Assembly: GCF_022539665.2 (NCBI RefSeq)
Contig: NC_081331.1
Coordinates: forward strand, 1,860,001 to 1,924,000
Direction of reading: 5' to 3'
DNA from: Daphnia carinata
Lineage: Eukaryota
DNA: 64,000 nucleotides
Shown: positions 1-10,632 of the stretch, one piece after another
Numbering within the stretch: the stretch's first letter is position 1
Layout: every line of letters begins with the position of its first letter
Made by a program: the position numbers and the translations under genes
Notes under the pieces: generated by a model
Seen by the model: the letters and a program-made list of their open reading frames with translations, nothing else
What the model was told of the DNA's origin: nothing
The model's database searches: none

Positions 1-144
1 TTTCTCTTTTTTCTACCCGTAGCCATCTATCAGTCGGTTTCGTTATTACAGGCATGTAAGCAATTTGAGTTAATTGTATCCCATTAGCAGTTAATTGAGT
101 AGCGTGGCTGGAGAACAACGCGTGGCTGGAGGAACAATTGAAAA

Positions 145-1536
145 ATGGATAAGATAATAAAACAAAAAAATGGTAAGTATAAACATTATTATATTGGTTT
201 TCAATTATTAATTATTGTTTATTAGATCAAATTATGAAGCTGCAGGCCCAGTTATTGGAACAACACAAAATATTAGATAACAAAGCTAAGGATCGTAGGC
301 CGAACACGTAATGATTCTATTTATTTGCTTTTATTCATTCGTGTTTTGTAGCTCAAATTTTGAGTCTTCAAGCTCAGCTAGGGGAAAAGAACAAATTGGA
401 ACGGAACAGTTTCCAAACAGTGAAGGAGGTTTTTCAAAACTCATCTCTAACTGAACGTGAGGATGAGTTGGCATTAGGCGAACACAGCCAGGTACCTAAA
501 GTTTTCAAATAAGAATTCAAAATAAGTATAGAATTTTAAAAAACAGTTATTTATTGCTTAGTTATTCAGTCCACCACATGACAGTGTGTTAAATTTAAAT
601 TCTGTTAGTGCTGCCCTAAAAGAATCGTTAGTAATAAGCTCATGCAGTGAAGGAACTGAACAATTGTGGGAACATATTTGGGCCAAAAATGGGTGTGGTT
701 CAGAAACCCAGAAATGGCACAAGTTCAACATGAAACATGGATTAGGTACTTTTCGGTTTTTTGTCTATCGAAAAAGTATTTTTAATGCTATTATTTTGCA
801 TTCACAGATTTTAACGGGGGATCAAATCAAGTCTGGAAGTGTTACAGGATGGAAGAGTGAGCCTACAGATGAAAAAACACTGAGAGTGCATTACCGTAAG
901 GTGTGAGGTAAATTAATAGAGTAATGCAAATTGCCTAATGAGAAGTACCATCTTGTGTTAATGAATCCAGTACAACAGCAATCCTTTATAGTTCTGTCAC
1001 AGCTAGAAGCCTCAAATAATTCTGCTTCTCTGTCTAAAGAACAACTTGTCCTTTATGTTCAGAGTGTTGGGGAAACTGGGTACTTAAATGGCCCTAAAGA
1101 TGTTTTAATTTTGCTGCTATTGCAGAGATGAACATCATACATGGACTCTTTAGGTATGAAAGGATTTTTCTTCAAATAATTTTGAATTTATGACGAAGAA
1201 TTTCTCCTCCTTTTTGCCAACCAGGTCTTATCTACCAAAAAAAATTTTATCCAATAGGAAAGGATTTTCATGTACTGGGAACACAACTATCAACAATGCA
1301 ACATTCTACAGGTGCTAGTTTATCATTCAAGAGCCTTATACAATGAAGTTAATCTGCAATTTGTATGTCCTTTCCCAAGCTTCCACCAGAAGTTGAATCT
1401 CTGAGTCATGTAAGTTCCATGATCAACAATTGATGTGTTTAACGGTGTTGTTTTTCTTTTCTCAATATAGGTTAATAGTAACATTGGATCTGAAAAGATT
1501 TTTGGTTGGGGCAAGACACTGAATAAATTGTATTGA
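145..1536 (+). pseudogene. Spliced, decayed gene: coiled-coil-like N-terminus plus degenerate C2H2-like zinc fingers (left-arm copy)
   Basis: ATG at 145. Short GT-AG introns (173-225, ~295-351, ~492-561, ~747-807) join in frame: MDKIIKQKN-DQIMKLQAQLLEQHKILDNKAKD-QILSLQAQLGEKNKLE... Later exons contain stops and frameshifts and repeated L-x2-H-x4-(H) remnants (LWEHIWAKN, LRVHYRKV*, LVYHSRALY) plus FVCPFPS[F]HQK. The zinc-finger reading is inference. Confidence 0.5.
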
Positions 1537-1619
1537 TTGGATGGATGACATGACATTGCTATACTTAATTCGGATTCCCCAGACGGTATTTGATATTAAA
1601 AAAATTGAAGTGCATATCT

Positions 1620-1985
1620 GGGCTCCCTTCTTTTCTGAAGCCCCGTTTCCCCTTGACTCATAATAAGCCCGTAGGGGGTCATGCCCCTACTGTACGGTAT
1701 ATATAAAAACAACATATACCGAGGTTTGGAGGGCTCTGGCCGGAAAGGGGACGTGGGGTGCCGCTTCGTCCGATGATGTGTTCACGGAGGGTGACGTGGC
1801 TGCCCACAAATCCGAACTAAAGGTTAATCGCTCCTGTAAAAATGTTCCAAATCTTCAGCTCTTCTTCCGGCTTCTCTTAGCCAATCACCGGGTAATCTCC
1901 CCGGTGGGTCAACAAGGCAGTGTCTCCCCCTGCCTGGGTTGACGGCAACTTTTGAAAGGGCTATTGTGCCTTTTTAAAGTTGCAA
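1620..1985. other. Array of consecutive GC-rich stem-loops within the palindrome arm (mirror at 2878-3243)
   Basis: GTAGGGG-gtcatg-CCCCTAC (1671-1690); CGGTATAT..ATATACCG (1695-1721); CACCGGG..CCCGGTG (1886-1906); GTCAAC-AGGCAG..CTGCCT-GTTGAC (1908-1943); GCAACTTT..AAAGTTGC (1945-1983). Confidence 0.75.
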
Positions 1986-2170
1986 AAATAATTGTAATGT
2001 GCAGAGAATTGTCAATAAAATTTTTTTTATAAAATTTTTTTGCAAAATTCGTTTCTTTCATTGTCTGTGTTAGCTTTGTTCACACATTGCATTTGCTTTA
2101 TTTGTTTTTGTCACATTTGATGGTAAGGTGACGGGTATTGGTTTATCGTTTATCTGTAAGCATTCTATTA

Positions 2171-2237
2171 TCATCCAGGGATCGAACCCTGGATGTTCGG
2201 CATACCTCGCCGATGCTCTACCAATGAGCCACGAATC
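2171..2237 (-). ncRNA. tRNA-derived Pol III promoter-like unit A (not a canonical tRNA)
   Basis: Minus strand GATTCG-TG-GCTC-ATTGGTA-GAGC-A-TCGGC-GAGGTAT-GCCGA-ACATC-CAGGG-TTCGAT-CCCTG. A box TGGCTCATTGG and B box GGTTCGATCCC present. D, anticodon and T stems intact; acceptor stem broken. Confidence 0.65.
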
Positions 2238-2360
2238 ATATGATGTTAAGTTGGCTTTTTTTTCTAGTCACTTGTGGACTTGCATTTACACTTAGAATAA
2301 AACTGAAATGCAATTCTGCAATATACTCTTCTACATTATTCTATTTCATTTTTACACATC

Positions 2361-2425
2361 TACTGAGGTTTGAACCCAGGGTAACAGGTATCGCAGATAA
2401 AAGCTCTACCATAGAGCTAAGAACC
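2361..2425 (-). ncRNA. tRNA-derived Pol III promoter-like unit B
   Basis: Minus strand GGTTCT-TA-GCTC-TATGGTA-GAGC-TTT-TATC-TGC-GATA-CCTGTTACC-CTGGG-TTCAAAC-CTCAG. A box TAGCTCTATGG, B box GGTTCAAACC, 5-bp T stem with a 7-nt loop. Confidence 0.55.
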
Positions 2426-2523
2426 TTATGGCAGTAATAGAAAGATAAACATATAGTTGTGAAAGACTGCATAAACATCCTAGACGATAACATATGATAT
2501 GCGATAATAAAAAATTTAAATAT

Positions 2524-2592
2524 ATCTCGTGGCTCAATGTTAGAGCATCGGCGTTGCACGCTGAATGTCTGGGGATCGGTTCCCATACGAGT
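2524..2592 (+). ncRNA. tRNA(Ala,TGC)-like degenerate unit C
   Basis: ATCTCG-TG-GCTC-AATGTTA-GAGC-A-TCGGC-GTTGCAC-GCTGA-ATGTC-TGGG-GATCGGTT-CCCA-TACGAG. Cloverleaf-like with TGC at the anticodon position; B box degenerate. Clearly homologous to unit A. Confidence 0.6.
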
Positions 2593-2794
2593 AAAACAAA
2601 ATACAAAATTACTTCATAAAATATCCAGATTGTTCCTTGAATCTAAGTTGAAGAATTCAAAGAGTGTAATAAATAATACTTACAGATAAACGATAAACCA
2701 ATGGAAACAATGATTACCTTCAAAGGTGACAAAAACAATAAAGGTGAATTAAGCAAGCTAAATATAAAAAATGTAACGTGTGTACACAGCGAAT

Positions 2795-4862
2795 ACAGAC
2801 AATGAAAGAAACGAATTTTGCAAAAAAATTTTATAAAAAAAATTTTATTGACAATTCTCTGCACATTACAATTATTTTTGCAACTTTAAAAAGGCACAAT
2901 AGCCCTTTCAAAAGTTGCCGTCAACCCAGGCAGGGGGAGACACTGCCTTGTTGACCCACCGGGGAGATTACCCGGTGATTGGCTAAGAGAAGCCGGAAGA
3001 AGAGCTGAAGATTTGGAACATTTTTACAGGAGCGATTAACCTTTAGTTCGGATTTGTGGGCAGCCACGTCACCCTCCGTGAACACATCATCGGACGAAGC
3101 GGCACCCCACGTCCCCTTTCCGGCCAGAGCCCTCCAAACCTCGGTATATGTTGTTTTTATATATACCGTACAGTAGGGGCATGACCCCCTACGGGCTTAT
3201 TATGAGTCAAGGGGAAACGGGGCTTCAGAAAAGAAGGGAGCCCAGATATGCACTTCAATTTTTTTAATATCAAATACCGTCTGGGGAATCCGAATTAAGT
3301 ATAGCAATGTCATGTCATCCATCCAATCAATACAATTTATTCAGTGTCTTGCCCCAACCAAAAATCTTTTCAGATCCAATGTTACTATTAACCTATATTG
3401 AGAAAAGAAAAACAACACCGTTAAACACATCAATTGTTGATCATGGAACTTACATGACTCAGAGATTCAACTTCTGGTGGAAGCTTGGGAAAGGACATAC
3501 AAATTGCAGATTAACTTCATTGTATAAGGCTCTTGAATGATAAACTAGCACCTGTAGAATGTTGCATTGTTGATAGTTGTGTTCCCAGTACATGAAAATC
3601 CTTTCCTATTGGATAAAATTTTTTTTGGTAGATAAGACCTGGTTGGCAAAAAGGAGGAGAAATTCTTCGTCATAAATTCAAAATTATTTGAAGAAAAATC
3701 CTTTTATACCTAAAGAGTCCATGTATGATGTTCATCTCTGCAATAGCAGCAAAATTAAAACATCTTTAGGGCCATTTAAGTACCCAGTTTCCCCAACACT
3801 CTGAACATAAAGGACAAGTTGTTCTTTAGACAGAGAAGCAGAATTATTTGAGGCTTCTAGCTGTGACAGAACTATAAAGGATTGCTGTTGTACTGGATTC
3901 ATTAACACAAGATGGTACTTCTCATTAGGCAATTTGCATTACTCTATTAATTTACCTCACACCTTACGGTAATGCACTCTCAGTGTTTTTTCATCTGTAG
4001 GCTCACTCTTCCATCCTGTAACACTTCCAGACTTGATTTGATCCCCCGTTAAAATCTGTGAATGCAAAATAATAGCATTAAAAATACTTTTTCGATAGAC
4101 AAAAAACCGAAAAGTACCTAATCCATGTTTCATGTTGAACTTGTGCCATTTCTGGGTTTCTGAACCACACCCATTTTTGGCCCAAATATGTTCCCACAAT
4201 TGTTCAGTTCCTTCACTGCATGAGCTTATTACTAACGATTCTTTTAGGGCAGCACTAACAGAATTTAAATTTAACACACTGTCATGTGGTGGACTGAATA
4301 ACTAAGCAATAAATAACTGTTTTTTAAAATTCTATACTTATTTTGAATTCTTATTTGAAAACTTTAGGTACCTGGCTGTGTTCGCCTAATGCCAACTCAT
4401 CCTCACGTTCAGTTAGAGATGAGTTTTGAAAAACCTCCTTCACTGTTTGGAAACTGTTCCGTTCCAATTTGTTCTTTTCCCCTAGCTGAGCTTGAAGACT
4501 CAAAATTTGAGCTACAAAACACGAATGAATAAAAGCAAATAAATAGAATCATTACGTGTTCGGCCTACGATCCTTAGCTTTGTTATCTAATATTTTGTGT
4601 TGTTCCAATAACTGGGCCTGCAGCTTCATAATTTGATCTAATAAACAATAATTAATAATTGAAAACCAATATAATAATGTTTATACTTACCATTTTTTTG
4701 TTTTATTATCTTATCCATTTTTCAATTGTTCCTCCAGCCACGCGTTGTTCTCCAGCCACGCTACTCAATTAACTGCTAATGGGATACAATTAACTCAAAT
4801 TGCTTACATGCCTGTAATAACGAAACCGACTGATAGATGGCTACGGGTAGAAAAAAGAGAAA
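2795..4862. repeat. Right arm of giant inverted repeat (reverse complement of 1-2068)
   Basis: Direct reverse-complement match to 1-2068. Confidence 0.97.
3327..4718 (-). pseudogene. Mirror copy of the decayed spliced C2H2-like gene (right arm)
   Basis: Reverse complement of 145-1536. Confidence 0.5.
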
Positions 4863-5505
4863 AAATGCGAATTTTTTTTTTTTTTCCGCCATTTTTTTTT
4901 TTTTTTTTCATGTAAAACGGATTGCCTTATTAAATACATGGTTTTGATGCGGAATTGAACGGGCACCACGAATATGAGGGTTGTTTTCTCGTGGGAGTCA
5001 TAGTTTTTGAATAAATCGTAAAAAACGGTAAAAGTTGGGTTAAAAAATAAGAGCTTATATTGTCGGGGGGGGGGGGGAGGGGCCGCCACCGACAATATGA
5101 AAGGGGGGGGGCCACCCCGACAATCGAAGGCAAAGCCCTTGATGAAAGCCCGACCCAGAAAAGTCGGGCTTAAAATTTTTTTCGGTTTTTACGTAAATTA
5201 AAAAACTATAAGGCCCAATGGAAAATAAATTTGATTTCCGTGATAAGCATTCAATTCTGAATCGAAATGGTGTATTTTAAGCGAAATTTAAAATTTTGCC
5301 AAAAATGAAAAAGTGCAAAGGCCCTACGCCTTCCCACTTTTGTTAAAATCGGCCAAAAACGACATCTCCTGAAATTCGATGGAAATCACACAATATAATC
5401 AAAATTTAACGCTTATTCAGAAAATGCCACTCCTTTTCTTGTCAAGGTAGCCGTTTTTGAATTACAGCGGATATTCGTGCAAAAAATAAGAAAAGTCGGG
5501 CTTAT

Positions 5506-5811
5506 TTAGTCGGGCTTAAATTTTTTTTCTGCAAAAACTGGCACACATCGGAATAGGTTGAGTATCACAGGATATACCCAAAAAATCGTTATTTTTTACG
5601 TTAAGTTAACAATTTTAGAAATACATTGAATATTTCTGTTGCATCGCACTAGCAATGTGTCAAATATTCGGTGTATTTCAAAAACGCTTGACTTAATGAA
5701 AAAAATAGAAATTTTTCCGGAATCAACATTCAATTTTGAGGATATTCTGTGATATTCAACCAATTCCGATGAGCGTCAGTTTTTGCAGGAAAAAATTTTA
5801 AGCTCGACTAA
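5506..5811. mobile_element. Fold-back / MITE-like non-autonomous DNA element
   Basis: TTAGTCGGGCTTAAATTTTTTTTCTGCAAAAACTGGCACACATCGGAATAGGTTGAGTATCACAGGATATACCCAAAA (from 5506) is an imperfect reverse complement of 5734-5811. Pairing continues internally (~5589-5635 vs ~5662-5707). TA flanks the GTCG..CGAC ends. No coding capacity. Confidence 0.7.
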
Positions 5812-5837
5812 TGTAATATAATTTTAATCAATATCAC

Positions 5838-5880
5838 GTCCGATAATATATCGATTTCGGCCGATTACGATATATCGGTT
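5838..5880. promoter_or_regulatory. DRE-like (TATCGATA-type) motif cluster upstream of USP14
   Basis: TATCGATT at 5849-5856 (7/8 match) plus neighbouring CGATA/TATCG half sites, about 130 bp before the USP14 ATG. DREs are known arthropod housekeeping-promoter elements. Confidence 0.35.
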
Positions 5881-5980
5881 TGAAGGTAAGAAATTGGTAA
5901 TAGGTAGTTGCAACTTGCGTTTTAAAAGAAAGCAACCGGTAAACTTATTTCGTGATTCACTGTTAAAAAAAAGAAAAGCA

Positions 5981-8109
<2,129 letters not shown>

Positions 8110-8209
8110 ATGCTCTGCGTTTTGTTACAATGTACCACGTATTCATCTATTAAATTGACTCAATCGAAAGTCTGTGTTTTTGGTACCATAACTCAAAAAA
8201 AAAGTAGCA

Positions 8210-10632
8210 TTAATCGATTTTGACTGCGGCATAGATTCTTCGCACGAAAAAATGTGCAGCATAGAAACCGATAGTACCTGTTAAAAGCCAAAACGTGAAG
8301 CACATAAGTGCAGTATACCCAAAGTAAAGAAGGGTTGGCGTAAACTCAGTTATCTCCAACTGCGTTACAAAGTAGAATACTGCATACGCGAATACGTAAA
8401 TGGCGGATCCACCGGAAACTATAAAACTACGCCACCACCAATTATAATCCTACTCGCAAACAACAAGAAAACAAAATTAGTTTTTTTAAAACAGTACGAA
8501 TACTACAAATCACCTCTCCACATAGTTGAAAATAAACCATGACGATGGCAATTTGCGAACACGAGATGGCCAAAATGATGAAAACCAAGAAAAGGAATCC
8601 AAATAGATAGTAAAACTGATTCTCCCAAATTGCGGTAAAGATGAAGAACAGTTCGATAAACATGGCTCCAAATGGAAGAATTCCGGCCATCAAAGAACTG
8701 TTAAACAAGGTGTCAAGAAAAACATTTGAATACAATAAGATGTTGACATATTAGAAAAATCCTTACCAAAGAATGGGATTCATGTACCAAACTTGTTCTG
8801 GCACTTGTCTCGGAATTTGGTTGGTCCTAACAGGTTGCTCAAAGGGTGCCTTTCGATAACCAAAGTAATAACCGAGGAACACCAATGGGAAACAAACGAA
8901 TAGCCAGAGACATAAAAGCTTCAACATTGTAGTAAACGGAACAGCACCACTGCTGTGCTTGCCCCAGATGAAACAGTTGAGGAAAAATCCCATCGCTGAC
9001 ATAAAACCAGGATAAAGGATGGCAGTCTGCATAAATAATATTATAAAATAAATATTACAAAAAAAAATAAAATAATGTTTTGTGAAAATGCTTAATCATG
9101 AGAAGTACGGTACAGGCAAAATTGCTTACAAGGAATGCAGCCCGCTTCCATTCTTTGCCTTTCATGGTTTTGTAAAGTCGCCCGGAGTGATATCCGGCTA
9201 TAAGCCCCATAAAAACGTACAAGAAGATCGCAGCTGTCATCAGAGCTCCTCGTGATGCTGGCGAAAGCATGCCGAGCATGGCGAAAACTGGGGAAAACGA
9301 TGCAAGAAGACAATGTTAGGATGTAACAAACAAAGATTACAAATCGAAGATCTCCTTTCTCGTATTCTTACACAAAATCACAACTGCCATGCAGAATATT
9401 TGGATACCGCTGCCGATTACAGCAGCAAAGAGTTTAGGATATCTCGGAGGGCGAAACACATCTCCATGGACAAGTTTCCAACCAGATTCCTCCATCGTTT
9501 CATCATTACTGTCATCTTGGTTGTACCTAAACGCGTAAACAAGAATGATGAAATGAATCCATCTTAAAACAATACAGTGATGTTTCTGTAGAAATAGCAC
9601 AGACTTGGCAATGTCCCGCCGAAGAGTTCGGATGATGATCATTGTGAGAATTCCCGAAAGGAAAAACACGACGATCAACGAGTTAACGATGGAGAACCAA
9701 TGGATTTGTACGTCACTCATGGCCAAATAAGAGTCCCAACGAGAAGCCCATCTGACATCCGATTGTTTCCACTCTACCGAATAGGTGAAAAACAACTTCG
9801 TTTTACCCACACGATTGATGTACTGTGGGCGAGCATTGTCAGAAAATTCACATGAATCTTCTTTGAACTTGATGTCTTCATGAGCCACGCTGCGCGTTTC
9901 AACTTCGAATCTTACAACTCGATAGTTTTCTCTAAAATTCTCAAATTAACTGTGTCAATAAATTGAATTTATGCAACTGTGTACAACTTACGAATCTTCA
10001 CTATGATAATGTAAAATGATTTTCAAATGATTATTCAAGGCAACATTTTGATTGTGGAGGAATCCAAGCCTGTAACCATGCTCATATTGGATACTGTCAG
10101 ACTCTTGTGTTACCACTCTGGTTGCACAGGGCAAATTGTCCACCAACCTAGAAGGGAAAATCAAACACCATTATTGATGATAGCTCTTTGACACTTTGGG
10201 AATATAAACTCACAAGTGAACAAAGTATTCATGTTCAACTTTGTTAATGACATCCTTGGCCATGGATTCTTCCCATGTCATTGGGGTTTCTGGACTGTGA
10301 CACAACAACTTACATTTAATATCTTTCAACATCTTGACTTCGTAAGGTGTGTTCACAATTCTGTCTCCTCTCAGAACTTCTCCCAAGTTCTCGGATTTGA
10401 ATTCAAATTTGTCATTTTTGGGACGACAAAAGGGCAAACTGTAGTAGGCATAGGGTAGTTGGGTGTGTGTGCTAGTTAACTTGATTGCTTTAACTTCGAT
10501 TTTGTCTCCACTCTTGAACTCGACAGGGGCCACTCCTGGTATGTAGAAACCAGCACTTCTTCCAATTACTAATGAAAATAAAATAAAGGGCAGACAGATT
10601 CTAAGGAAGGCGCTAATATAATACGTGGACAT
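8210..10632 (-). CDS. TM9SF4: Transmembrane 9 superfamily member 4 (nonaspanin), ~632 aa, 8 exons
   Basis: Exons 10632-10214, 10147-9992, 9931-9605, 9526-9372, 9287-9130, 9026-8767, 8697-8514, 8449-8210 join in frame. Signal peptide, then FYIPGVAP...[13 protein letters not shown]...[56 protein letters not shown]-terminal KID*. Confidence 0.94.

Larger units (their letters stand above)
1..2068. repeat. Left arm of giant inverted repeat (pairs with 2795-4862; probably continues beyond the window start)
   Basis: Position i pairs with 4863-i: 1-60 is the reverse complement of 4803-4862, and the ORF track mirrors (586..906/3957..4277, 931..1131/3732..3932, 1323..1556/3307..3540). I noticed one mismatch (1158 G vs 3705 T). 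Exact pairing stops after 2068/2795. Confidence 0.97.

Noticed and set aside
1323..1556. 77-aa ORF and its mirror at 3307-3540 as a protein
   Set aside because: Antisense to the spliced decayed gene, crosses its intron, and has no recognisable motif.
1760..1860. Hammerhead-like cores in the hairpin array (CCGATGA..; CTGAAGA..GGAAC on the opposite strand)
   Set aside because: The required CUGANGA plus GAAA core with matching stems is not satisfied on either strand.
2171..2592. Functional tRNA genes
   Set aside because: Acceptor stems are broken or partial, unit A lacks U33 and unit C has a degenerate T loop. Reported as tRNA-derived units instead.
3055..3135. HDV-like ribozyme suggested by CCACGTCACCC and CCACGTCCCC
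   Set aside because: I could not build consistent P1, P2, P3 and P1.1 pairings or place the catalytic C.
1..4862. Palindrome as a pure assembly or read fold-back artefact
   Set aside because: Disfavoured but not excluded: the spacer contains diverged inverted homology, and the arms differ at 1158/3705.
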